Part shown: positions 38,580 to 51,895 of the stretch, in pieces
How the letters are laid out: every line of letters starts with the position of its first letter
Numbering within the stretch: the stretch's first letter is position 1
DNA from: Botryllus schlosseri
Taxonomy: Eukaryota
DNA length: 64,000 bases
Assembly: GCA_051294905.1 (NCBI GenBank)
Contig: CM119372.1
Span: 37,202,001-37,266,000, forward strand
Reading direction: 5' to 3'
Notes under the pieces: model-generated
Database searches by the model: none
What the model saw: the letters and a program-made list of their open reading frames with translations, nothing else
Told to the model about the DNA's origin: nothing
Translations under genes and position numbers: made by a program

Positions 38580-39287
38580 TTCAAGACTGTAACTCAATGA
38601 TTAGAGTAGTAATTTCGTTATCGAAGTCGAGTATCTGGTGGATCAGCGCGCGCCGATATCTTGCCGAGTTCGATAACGAAATTACCAAGCTAATCATTAA
38701 GTGACAATCCTGAAACTCACCACGAAATTAGAATACACAACCAAGATATACCATGATATATTTCGTCATCCATCTCGGTATGGAACACTTTTATAATCCA
38801 TATATACAAATATCTACTTTCGCGAAAAATCCTTTGTGGTAGGCTCAATGCCACATCAGCGCACTCATACCTTGGCCTACAGTGTCAAATTTCGTCATCA
38901 AGATATATAATGTGAAATTCTGATATCCTTCGCCGTATAAAACACATTCTAAATCTACATACCAATTCCGGCATTTGTGAAAAATCTGTCATGCGCTTGG
39001 CTCAATGCCAGATCAGCACGCACACTGATATACTCGACTTCGATAACGAAATTACTATCCCAATCATCGAGTCGCAATCTTAAAGAGCAATGCATTCATC
39101 TGGCATTCAGCCAAACGCATTGCAGATGTTTCGCGGTGACAGTATTGGTATGTGTAACTTTTGATTGTGCTGTATTGTATAGTGTACGGCGATGGATTAC
39201 AACATTTCGTACTATATACATTGATGAGGACATCTGACTCTGTGCCAAGTTTCAAGGCTGTGACTCAATAATCACAGCAGTACCTAC

Positions 39288-41266
39288 CAGGGCTGTGGAG
39301 TCGTAGTCGGAGTCGGAGTTTGGCTAATTTTCGCTTGATGGAGTCGGAGTCGTGGGAAAAATACTGACTGGAGTCGGAGTTTGTGAAAATGACCTTGACT
39401 TCGACTCCGACTCCAACTTCTCAATCAATCATGAAAACAATTGCTTTCAAAGGATTTTCAATAGAATTTTTATGTGCCACCAATCACTGTTATTGATAAT
39501 CATACAGATCAGGTGCGGCCAACCCGTGTCACGCAGGTCAAATGTGGCCCGCGAGAAGGTTTTGTGTGGTCTGCGAGGTAGCCTAATTCTCGAAATTATT
39601 TATAACATCAGGTAAAATTGCAAGGCCAACCGAAATTTGATTAGCCAGACCGCGAAATTTGATGATGAATGAAACATCAGCCAGCTCTGACGCATCGGCG
39701 TATCCGGGGACCAGCCACATTTATCGCAGATCTTCGTACATGACCATAAAGTAGAATATTTCGTAGCAGATTTATTTGACTTGAAATTTTTCTCGGCACT
39801 TCGCATGATTTATTATCACTAGATTTCTTGCATTCAGTATTGGAGCCCCCTTCTGAAAATTATAAATACATGTTATTTACAGAATTGAGTCTAACTATAT
39901 TCGCAATTAGTAGATAACGAGTCGTCCAATATGCGGCTTAGCTTGTGCACTCGCAGCGAGATCGTCGACGACGAAACATTTGCACAAAATGATAGAGGCA
40001 TGTTCATGTTCACCGAGACCGTCGATATTGCTATGTCTAACGTCGAATAATTCTGTCCTTGCCAAATGAGCCCAATGGTATACAGACGCGACCCCCAATA
40101 TCTGTTAGTAGCGTATTTATAGATAGAATTCAGTCATTACCTTGGAAAAAATTTCGCGCCTCGCGCGACCAGGGCGTGACTGCACACTGCACAGTTTTAT
40201 GGCACAATTGTTATCAATTTTAGAGCGTAGTAATATAAATTTTGTTTGCAATGTTACCTAATTCGGTTCGCTCCTATTGGATGACTAAAATAAGGTTATC
40301 AACAATCCAGTTGCTCGCGCAATGGTTCGTAAATCTCATGTGTCCCTGTGGCCAAAAAAGTCGGCCACCCCTGATATCGATAAAATTAGACATTGCTTGC
40401 AAATTACAATTCAGTTGCATTGAGGAAGAAAATCGCCACATGCATTTTCGCGATGCAGTCAAAATTGATGCAACTTTTGGAATTATACCATGATACTGTG
40501 GCAGAGCATGAAATGCATCGGCTGGTTTTGTAAAATTATAAAATTGATGTAAATGTAACCAAACGATGCTTCCCACTTGACAAAATTGAAAATATTTGTA
40601 AGGTAGCTTATAGCTGTTTGGGTGGAACAAATGATTAAAAAAGACTGCAAGTCCTTGAATACTTGACTAAGTACACGTAGACTAGACATAGGCCATGGTA
40701 TTTGACTACTTACTAAATTTGATTTATGACCAATAACTGTTAGTAGTAAGAGTGTGTGTGCTTATAATCAGTATAGTGTGTAATTAGAAAATTAGTAAGT
40801 TCAGTCTCTGTATTAGTTGCTGACTCATACACATGTGCAAGAGCTACAATTGGATTTTTTATCTACATTTTGAATATACAGGAATAGTTATATGTCATAT
40901 TTTAATGATTCATACATATTAGGATATTAGAAAGTCCATGCTATAAAAACTTATAAAATATGACAAAGGGTGGATATTTAGCAAATCATTCTTTCATGTT
41001 AATTGCATAGTGGATAATTCGAGCTGTGTCACCTTGAAACAATTTTACATGCCACCGTTGATCACATGTTTGCATATGTTTAATGGTTGTATGATAGTCA
41101 TTCAACCGACAGCGTGGCATATAATTTTCGAAGTAGATTGGTAATACTGTTGGAGTCGGAGTCGGTAAGTTTAAAGACTCGGGAGTCGGAGTCGGTATAT
41201 TGAAAATGTGTGGAGTCGGAGTCGGAGCCGGAGTCGGAGGTAAAATTTACCGACTCCACAGCCCTG
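39288..41266. mobile_element. hAT-type MITE with (GGAGTC)n subterminal repeats
   Basis: TIRs cagggctgtggagtcg / cgactccacagccctg; perfect TSD gtacctac. Confidence 0.92.
39510..40373. mobile_element. hAT-type MITE, same family as 11233-12036
   Basis: Ends caggtgcggccaacc / tcggccacccctg; imperfect TSD atacagat / atatcgat; long internal homology. Confidence 0.82.
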
Positions 41267-43684
41267 GTACCTACGTTACCAAAGTCGATTATGTCAGGCT
41301 GTGGGCTGATGTGTCATTAAGCCTACCGCATAAAGGATTTTTCCCAAAAGTCGGTAGTGGTATGAGTGGATTTTAAAAGTGTTCCATACGGAGATGGATG
41401 ACGAAATTTGGTATGGTATACTTGTGTTGTGTTATCTAACATCGCAGTATGTTTTGGCTTTTTCTCGTAATGATTAGCTCAGTAATTTCGTCATCGAGTC
41501 GGCAATATTTCGGTGCGCGCTGATCTAGCAGATACTCGACTTTGATAACGAAATTACTACTCTAATCATTGAGTCACAGCCTTGAAACTTGGTACAGTGT
41601 TATATGACAACATCTAATTATATCATACTAAATTCTGTCTCCCACATGGAACACAGTCTGAATAATAAATAACCAACATCGGCTTTGCCTTTGATTACTG
41701 TTGCAGACGGATCGACAATAATAAAGTTACTAAGGTAATCTGGGCATGACAGTCACCTGATTTTCCGAGTGTCCACACCACCTTTGAGTACACGCTGATT
41801 ACGCCATATTATAATTTATATATATAACCTATGCGTACTTCAAGGCCGTAACAAATGATTAGTGGTCACCGTTTCTAGGTAAGTAACCCTAATTCAGTCC
41901 ACACATATCTTATCTCATTCATATTCGCCAATAAATATTGGATCAATGAGCGTACAACGTCGACAGCGTTTCTGAATGAACTCGCTTCACCCCGTGTCTC
42001 CGAAATCATCTAAACCAGTGGTTCTCATCTCACCCTTGACTTCAGCTTCCCTCAACGGTACCGCCATTAACAGAGGTGCACAGAGAGCCCCATTGTAAGT
42101 TGATTGATCATTGGGGGCAATTCCGTGCCAAATATTCGAACAGTCAAGTCCAAGCCCGAAAAGACCAACCTATCTTCGACCACTACCACATGCGGTGACG
42201 AGAGAACGTAGAAGTGATATGATGAACCCCAGCGTCAACTTCGATAGGTTACGGCAGTGGTTCACAACCTTGCTGTGTTCATTCCCAACTTCAGATTTAT
42301 TCCGAGTCTTCATTCCCGACTACCCAAAACTATCGTCGTATTTCCTTTGAACTTTTGTCATTACGAAGGAGCTATTTGCTTGCTTGAGTACACAAGACAC
42401 ACAACCACACCAGTACGCAAGACAAACGCCTATAACTGCAACATAAAACGTATTGTGAACCGATACCGGTACCCCTCAAAATTTAGATAAAGCGTTAATT
42501 CACGTTATACTGGTCATGTTTGTGATGCCACCATTGGTTATCCATAGTTGAAAATGAGTTTTCGTGAGCAAGATGCGATATAATTTTCGACACATACATT
42601 CCAGAGCCGGTAACTGGTAACGGGGACGGGCAGGTGTCTCCTTGATTTTGTTGACTATCATGTATATAATGTTTAACAAATAGGCCTACGTCTATTCCCA
42701 CCAGAAACCAGTGAATTCCCAATAAGAGGGGAATTTCCCACCGGTTGGAAACCACTGGGATACGGGATCGAGTCCGACCGTGGTCGAATCCGGAATCCCT
42801 TCCCAAGTGTTGGTGGTTTAAACCGGGTCATCCTCGTCATCTGATTCGCGTAAGCGGTGTCTTAAAGGGCCTGGAAGTGAGCCGTGCTACAAGTCGGCGT
42901 CACGGTAATCAAAGCAAAGATCCAAAGCCTGGTGTAAATGACCAATGTAGTCGAAAACCATCACGAATATCACAAGCAACGACCCCAATTCCATCGTTTT
43001 TCGTACAATCCTTAAAATATTTTTAGAAGAGGGCGCTATAGAAAAGAAGATTAGGAACTACTGATCCATACCTTTCCTACACTACTTTGCTTCAAGTGAG
43101 AAAAGTGATGCGACACGCGAATGAACTACACTATACAAATACATACACAGACGCATAACTGCAAATGACGCAATGGACATATTTATTTCACAACGTTTTG
43201 CATCATCGGCAATCATAGGCTCTTTGCGTCGTCCAAAACTCGATTTATGCTGATTGTAGCAGCTCCACGACTTTGTGTCCTAAAAATATTCATCATGAAT
43301 TGGCCTTATTCGAAACATATAAGCCGAGAAATCCGAGCATTACCCCTTTGAGCGTGATAGGTGAGAAGATACTGATCCGATCCGCTGGCATCAATATTGC
43401 CGTACGCCCACAGAACGTTCATATTTCCCGCCTAGAGAAAATGATTCGATTTTTAAATTTTTCAAAAAAGGGATAAGCATATATTTCAAATGTCATATTA
43501 AGACTCCAGTCTTATGTAAGGTAGTGTTGGGATGGTGTCACTACCTTCGAGTCAGGAGTCATATCGAGTCATTGCACATTTTGACTTGAGTCAAGTCAAT
43601 CGATTTTCAAAGGTGACTCAAGTAGAGTCACGAGTCAAGTCAAAATTCAAATCAAGTATCCTTTCGAAGTAGGAGGCATGGTTA

Positions 43685-45495
43685 GGGGAGATGTGGTACC
43701 GATGGATCAAAAATTGCAAAATGACCTCTGGCCCTCAAATCATCAGCCGAGAATAGCAGATCTTTTGCTTTCTCAACACTTCGATACAAGCTCTACCTAT
43801 CGCGGAAATTTACATGAATATGCGCCTTTTCAAAAAATATTTATAAACGTTTAAAATTTGTTGCTCGAACGTGTCATCGGTCCCCACCCGGTGGGTCCAA
43901 AGGCACACGACCCTAGGACCTATGAGACATACGCTCAAAAACTCAAATTTGTTAACTTGTTTTGTTGTGTACTATAAGCTAAGCTACAGCAAGCCAATGA
44001 AGAATGTTTCGTCGCGACCTTCAAGAATAAAATACATTATATCAACTCAAATGTTGGCATAAAATCATGTTTTGATTTACGTCTAAACTTACAAAATTAA
44101 TGCCACATACATATTATCCGCAAATCGACATTTGACTTTCAAATACCTCGCAATAGCGATAAAACACCGCAGGTAACTATGATTTACAGCAGGGGTGTCA
44201 AACATACGGCCCGCGGGCCGCATCCGGCCCGTCAGGTGATTTCATCCGGCCCGCGAAGCAATTTTGAGTAGATTGATAAATGCTTGTCATATCCAGAACA
44301 TTTCTAAAAGATGTTGAGATTTTTAGTGAGAAATATAACCAATATATAGTCCTTCAAGATAGCGCATGTCGGGCATGTTTACGGGCAACATTATAACCAC
44401 CAGACTATGGCGTTGTGGTTTCTGGTCACCATTATACTACCAGGTCGCTGACTTTGACACCCAATTCCGAGAAGGCAAGAAAGTGCGAACTCATTTCACT
44501 GACGAAATATTAGTTATTCACAGAAGAGAAAACGCCTAGAACCCTAATATGCAGATTACATGGAAAATATATTAAAGGTCTCCAGCCTCTAGAGAAACTC
44601 GATTTGCGATGTAATACTATGAAGCAAATTCCAACGACCGTGTTTCCATTCCTCACAACGCATTCGCACGGTTGATGCCAATAGGCCTATATCACTAAAA
44701 CGAAGGGAGCATAGAAATATGCCAACTTAAACCATCGTTAGAGCCACTGCTTTATAGACTTATAACTTTACTCATCTTAATCATCTTAATCTCATCTTTA
44801 ATCATCGTATTATTGCCAATTCCACTGTTTGCGAATTAAAGGTGCAGCTAGAATAGAACCCCCATGATCCGTAATATAATGTAACACACTATTGTGTATA
44901 TACGCTGGTTAATGGAGTATTCAAATGAAAAATAAGGCATGGATTTTGGGAATGGGGAATTTAGGTGCGGCCCGCGAGCGATCTGAAGTGTTGAATCCGG
45001 CCCGCGACGTCAGTTGAGTTTGACACCCCTGATTTACAGCCTATATATATGTAGGCGAGTTTCTGTTGTTAAGTGATTAGTTGGTCCATCTATTTTGCTT
45101 GATTTGGCTATGGTACCATAGGTCCCCCACCCCATAAATATTGTAATTAACTTGAAAATAGTCCACTCGAGGATGGTATTGATTCAAAAAATATGTGCCA
45201 TTATATACCCTGATACAAGTCCTATACCTCACATCAAAAATCATGGCGGGTTTGTTAGTCTGAACGCTGATATAGAAAAATGCAAATGTCGATCCAAATT
45301 TACTTTACACCCCCTAAAACGTAAATCATTCGTCACAGACCCCATAACTCATCCAGGTCGAATTTTTTTGCATGTGAGGAACGATTTTGTCAGCATGTAC
45401 TAGTAGACAAAATCACGGAGTGTAATCATGGAATTATCATGGATAATTTTTCAAGTATTTTCGGTCCCAGTGATCCATCGGTACCACATCTCCCC
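43685..45495. mobile_element. TA-targeting GGGGAGATG MITE (sister of 14084-15044)
   Basis: Same TIRs; reverse orientation; interrupted by 44190-45031. Confidence 0.88.
44190..45031. mobile_element. hAT-type MITE
   Basis: TIRs caggggtgtcaaac / gtttgacacccctg; perfect TSD atttacag. Confidence 0.92.
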
Positions 45496-48400
45496 TGCGT
45501 CATTGTATATTTCCAGCTGTCTGAAATACAGATTGAGTGGTCTCTGATCATTGATTCTGAACCTATGAACGAATATAGAGTTGAATATACACGCAAGAAG
45601 GCGCTGTATCGCTCAGATATACGTAGAACTGTTAAACTACGTAAGTAATTGCATAGCCTCAGTTAATAGTTACCAACCGAAATAGAGAATAGACAAACGA
45701 ATTGATAAGATGCAACACATGGTCCATTTTGACATATTGATTTGATACAATTCAAGCCTGCGCCAATGGTTGATGTGTATATACACTATATTCAATTTCA
45801 ATTAAGCAAGAGGTTTGGTTAAGTTAACAACAGAGAACAGAAATAGATATTTTGCTATTAAATTACTTTACTACTTACGACAACGTAAGCTGCAAGCTTC
45901 GATCACTTCGTTTGTCAATTTATTTGTGAGAGAACAATGGAGGCTCGATAAAACGCACAATCATTGAATGATTGGTCGCTCTCACGGGTTACACCAGCGT
46001 TTCGCGAACAATCCGAACATATGCATGATACAGAGATTTTTTATCGACACCGATTACTTGATGACTTGAAATTGACTCGTTAATTTTGCTCCGAGTCACG
46101 AGTTAATCCACATTTCTAATGTGCCGAGTCAAGTTAAGTCAAGTAATTTTAGCAAAGTGACTCGAGTCAAGTCAAGTCATACGATAAAGGTGACTCGAGT
46201 CCTCCCAAAACTGATGTAAGGTAGCCTATATCGCAATTGCATGACTATACCAATAATACATGAATTGACAGGTGTCGGTGCCACATGCACATGATAAGTG
46301 ATCAACAGTTTTGGTTCTAGTCAAACAGGAATGAAGAAACTTCTTGAAACAGGGTCACGTCTGATACAAGGACCAGGATCGTGATCTTATATAACCAACC
46401 ACGTTGGTGGAATACCGTCGTGGCACCCTACAGTATACCAACTGACATAGCGGTCCCTCTCGCGTTTTGCACTTTTCGTTTTGTTCTTTATATGACTGAT
46501 TAGAGAAGTTACGGCTAGTGGCAGAACATGTAGGCTGAGCGCAGGGACCAACACGAACATCATTGGCTAACCCAGATGGTACCACATGAAACACCATTGT
46601 AATATGGTGTCAAAAATGTACGGTTCCCGGTCCATTTCCCCACTTGGTTATCACCTTTAAGCTAATCTCGAACCCATGTAGGCTACTACCCAAGTTGCCA
46701 TGCTATCTGGGAATCTCATTATGGGTATAGGCAACGCTAATGTCACGAATAGACTTTGCTAAGTAAAGATATGGGATACTCCAGTGATTAGCACGTAATC
46801 ACGCGATATAATGATATCTTCTTGGCGTATTTCGAAAAAGAGGATGTATTTGGGACCTTCAAAATTAGGTAGCCGTTATATTTTATATGCATGCAATAGT
46901 TTGCAGCCAAACTCAGTGCTCACTATTCTCAGTCACACTGGATATACAGATTATAGAGTTATACCTCACGATATTGTTATGATATGTCGGGCGCATTGAT
47001 ATTAACGCGTAATGTGGTAGAATAATTTTCCCAGATATATATTTTGATATATATATAATTTAGCAGGCACGTGGGTAATTTCTAATTTAACAAACACATT
47101 ACACGGATGCTATAAAATTTTCTATTCCACTAGTTTTTGCCAACTTACACTACTTAGTCGAGTGGTCATGTTTTAGACTACTTCCGCAAACAGTTTTATC
47201 GGCAAAATAAATTACTTTTGATGCTCGGGATTTTGAAAAGAACATAATTCTTTTGCGATAAGTCGGCATCCCATGTATGTGTGAAATCTTCATAAGACCC
47301 ACGTGATTCAGCCATCACAGCAACTGCTAAGTATATACCCAGATATTGCACCTATATTAGTAGCGTGATTGGTCGCTTTGCTTTTGTCGTTAAAATGTAC
47401 CTTGTAATTACGAAACATCGAACGGCTTTCAAGAGTATGCGACGTATCGGTGAAATCTATTTACTTATGGAAACTACTCACCTGATCACTTTCCAAGACT
47501 ACAGTTTCTACTTCCACTAGACTTTGTGTTACTATGTCGTTAATTCTGCTGGTAATTGAGTATAAATATACGGCGTTACTGCTACTTCAACTTTAGTAGC
47601 AACGCTGACTAATGCTGCAGCAGTCCCTATGGATGTTATATACCAACTTGTGCCAAAGAACCGTACCGTAATAGTCCTGTCTCTCGTATCCCCGGTGTTC
47701 AGCTTCCTTTTGAATATTGCTTCCGTGTTACCGGATATGTTACTAACACTGATCAAAGTTACATCTTGTTTTTCCTGAGTTGTCGGTGGTCCGTTCCATA
47801 ACGAGTACAAGTCCTGCGAATCATTTTCAAGTCAAGTTTTCAAGTACAAGTTTTTTCAATCCCACGAGCTATTGTCACTTACGTATCATAGTCAGTACCG
47901 TCGGCGTTTTCTCCCACCACTATCAGGTCGGCATTAATCATGTTAGTGCCCGGGGAAAATCCAATACCAATCCAACCCGTTGTTGGTGCACTAAGCTTAA
48001 TAGAAGGTTATCATTCCGAATTGATATTCCATCGAAATAAGAGACGATTACATAATTAATGTAATAGATTGCGGAAACGATTACAACAAAATTTTACAAT
48101 ATAGTTGATTACAAATATACCGACAATCTCGAAATAGTCGACTATGAATACAATTGCATTGGAAAATAATCACGATTATAGGTAATTCATTTATTCGTCT
48201 TCCTTGACCCTGGGCTTAATGCACGTATTCGAAGACACTGCAATATTTGACCGTTGTGCAAAAGACCGACATGTCATAAGCTCTTATTTTTGTTCAATAT
48301 ACAACATGAGCATGAGAACAATATTTTTTTATGACTGTGATGCCGTCACCTTGTTACGTTACAGCAGATCTGCTGCGCAATATTATCACTGATGATTTGT

Positions 48401-50291
48401 TGCTCTCAATAATTTCAATTCTATCTGTAACTGCTTCCAACATGATATAAAAGCGGTTGGCTGATGGCACATTCCGGTTTTCAGCGAGGAATTGCCAAAC
48501 ACGATTGGTGGGTGCTTCGACTACGACCATGGGAGGATACGATAAAACTGACCACCAAATTCTGTCACTATTCCTAATTCTTTAAATAACGAAACCATCA
48601 TATACCTGCATTCATAATTATACGGATATTGTTTGGCGCCGTTACGAATGACGCAAAATAATAGATTGGGTATATATACGGTTTATATCAGCGGTAGCTG
48701 ATTTCTAATTATATGGTATCTTGTTCGACGGGTATACAATATTCCAATCTTTAACATATTCAATAATATATTCATTTGAATACACCAGCTATGCAACATG
48801 AATATATGTCACGTTATGGATCAGGTGTTGATAGATATATTCGACGTGTTGATGTACCCAATATACAAGTTCATGAGACACTTAGGAGGTGGCGACTTAT
48901 AAACAAAGTGAACTAAACCGAAAAGAGTTCAGTAGGCCTGCAGCCGCTATGTAATAAAAATGTGTTGAGAGTCGGATCGACTATTCGCGGACTGTATATC
49001 AGCAGCGCATACGTTAGTTTTCTGTTATCGGAAATAAGCATCTATGCAACGTCATGGAAGAATTTGAGTACGCCGAAATCATTTACTTTGGTAGCTTCGA
49101 ATCGTGACTGTGAAATTGTTTCGTGATATTCCATAAACACAAAGATGCAATCACAATTTCAGGTCATTGCAAGCGTGTGTGTTGTTTAATTCGATTAGAT
49201 AAGTTTTGAGATAACGCCTTATCATGCTGATGAATTTATCAACCTACATTATCTAACACGTTTGATATACTTGTTTGCGACAATTTAGACATTAGGTAAT
49301 TTTGCTCATCTAAACCCAGACCTAATATTAACATCATAGAACGTGTTGGACTGTTACATAAATCACAAATTTGCGATAACATCTGACCATTGTACGATTG
49401 GATTGTTAGACGTTTTGATTCCTTTCGATTACACATCAATAAACGACTGGTGCAGTTTGAAAAGCGGTATTGTTCGTAAACGAAAATTATTACATTAATC
49501 GAAATTTGTTCACCGATATGTTTTGCCCCCTACGTACCTCAAACGTGATTTCGTCGCCCGTGTAGTACCATTCGAGCTTCATCCCTTGTGCGAAGTTGGT
49601 GCTATATCGTACCTGAGCTACAATAGAGAATTAGTTTAGAATGAATATAGCATAGTTCGTATTCATTGAATAAAAATCAACTATGGGAATGTATGCGTAA
49701 AGGATTTTGAAGTTCATTCGAACTGACTGATCACGCTGACATCTGCTTCAATGTTGCGCTATTCCGTTTGAACAACGCAAACCGACAAGTTTTTTAGAAT
49801 CATATCGTTGCCCGATACGATGCAAACCTCTAATGTACAGATCTCACCCGGAGTTGGCGTGTTGACTGTTGGGGTCGTTTGAATAACATTGGGCAATCTA
49901 GTGACGGTTCCCGGCGTCATCATCGAAGTTGGCGTAGTCATCGGCGTAGCCATGCCTCTCGTACTCATTTCAAGACCTATATTGTAAAAATATGATTATG
50001 TGATATGCCGTTACTGGTGATATTGTTCGCATGTCTTTCATGTTCTGAAAGCACCTAACATGCAATATCTCGTTTTTTTTCCGAACCATTATAAAGGAAG
50101 GTCATAATTAAGCCACTGTTCACTGTCTATCGCTTCGTGAGTATTTGCACATATATCAGACTTGCTAAATATCAATACCAGCCAATTGTTTGTCATACAC
50201 AGAGTTGTAATCATTTTTTTCACGCCACAATAATGAATCCCTCGCGTTACTGGCGCCCGTTAATGGACAGCTGGGATTTTCACGACTGTTG

Positions 50292-50293
<2 letters not shown>

Positions 50294-50333
<40 letters not shown>
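50294..50333. repeat. (AT)n microsatellite
   Basis: About 19 AT units. Confidence 0.95.
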
Positions 50334-50335
<2 letters not shown>

Positions 50336-51614
50336 GACCCGATCTTAATTAATTGTTCCAACAAGTGTCATCATTGACTTTAGGGTATCTTCAATAATTG
50401 AAAGAGCTTCTCCTGATTGCGGGTTAACCACGAAAAAGAATTGCCCAGTTGATTGCTCAATGATTTGAACAAGCTTTTCGCAAGATCACCTTCATCCCGC
50501 GACTGTTTCCAGCTTCTCGGGCTTGGCACTAGATCTGGTTATGCTCACCAACCACTTGATTCTCAGGCAGCAAACAACATAATCTAATCTGGGATCTGGT
50601 TAACTAGGCCAGAGGTAACACCACTGAGCCACGGAAAATGTCGTAAGAAGTTAGTATGCCGAATAACGCTGCAACACGGCTGGTAATTGATTTGAAAAAT
50701 AAGAATACGTTTTACCTGGCGTTCCTCGATTCGGAATGAGTTCGATCCGAGTAGCCCCTGCAGAATATGAATTCGCTCAAAATGTTGCTTGGAAGCATGA
50801 ATGTTGTACCATACAACAAAATTGTATTTAGAACAACATTCGCCTACCACACTTTCCATAGTTTCGAAATGGAATACAGGTATATGTTTGAAGAGCTTCT
50901 TGGAGGTACAGAACTTCAATATACAATTGAATAGTATATTCATATTGAAATGAACCCGAATATTTCCGGCTGACTCGTCAGGGGTAATCGTCAGCAACTA
51001 GTAGAGAATTGGAAAGAACATTGTATATCAACAATCGTATCACAAAATATGACGTCACCAGCATGAAATTCCGAATGAGAAAGCGTTCAATGTACTATTT
51101 TTAGGTGGTACACGAACTCCTTTTGTTGACAGAGTTTTGGTATGTGTATTTAGATAAAAGTCAACTCCAAGGCACACAAATGGAATTGTGAACGGCCCCG
51201 CCCAACGATTCGAAATCCGTCGTGAATTCAAAGGTATATTTTTGTATTTGATATTCAAAGGTATTTGTTTGTATTTGATATTTGCAATAATACACTGGCG
51301 ATGATGGCGTCTGGCGTGGTGACCTAGTGAACACTATGTACATACCCAAAATGCAGAGTACGATAAACAAACTTTTCATCGCGGCTATAAAGCCCTGGGT
51401 ATTATGCTTGTGTGTTACAATACCTATATACGATTTGATGCGTTATTACGAAGACCTATCTTTGTTCATGAGTGGATGCGCCAACGAAGGACAGTTAGTT
51501 TGACTAGCATGGATCCCTTTTAGTTGGAAGTTGATGACGGATGAGAATTATTTTATTCTGACACGAAATATAAACTATTTTTTCCTGACAAATATTTTCT
51601 TACTACTTCACGAA

Positions 51615-51895
51615 ACAACGTTTGCAGGACCGCATAAAACAACATGTCCCCAGATTTGTTAGAACACGCGCATCACGCTCGGCGAAAGGCTCGCCCCTGA
51701 CTCAACAGAAAAAGGCCATGAATTCTGCCATTGGCAAACAATTTTTGGATAATCCTGTTTGCGCAAAAACTATCGGGACGACAGGTTTCGTGTTGTTGGG
51801 AGAGGCCGTTAACGCTTTCATTTTAGTGCCTTGGAGTCAACTCATACGTCAACCAAGTCTGCACCTTCAAAAAGAGTTCGTGTACCATGTAAAAA
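51615..51895 (+). mobile_element. Penelope-like GIY-YIG fragment
   Basis: RLQDRIKQHVP..SAIGKQFLDNPVCAK../..RFRVVGRGR..LES../RQPSLHLQKEFVY, frameshifted; same protein family as 31262-31444. Confidence 0.75.

Larger units (their letters stand above)
37035..41801. mobile_element. Long-TIR foldback-type element carrying three nested hAT MITEs
   Basis: 37039-37267 plus 38580-38870 is the reverse complement of about 41300-41797 (e.g. cagcgtgtactcaaagg / cctttgagtacacgctg; tttcgtcatccatctc / gagatggatgacgaaa). Confidence 0.7.
43522..46213. mobile_element. GACTCGAGTC-family hAT MITE with two nested insertions
   Basis: Ends tagtgttgggat / tcccaaaactg; perfect TSD atgtaagg; homologous to 2812-3778. 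Confidence 0.88.

Noticed and set aside
41900..46660. Cys-containing - strand ORFs (46355-46597, 42495-42806) as downstream exons of the DOMON gene
   Set aside because: No recognisable monooxygenase, reeler or b561 motifs, and stops in the plausible frames; cannot be supported.
51161..51379. Short - strand ORF with a signal-peptide-like start (MKSLFIVLCILG)
   Set aside because: There is no recognisable domain or supporting exon chain, and it lies in the decayed duplicated region.
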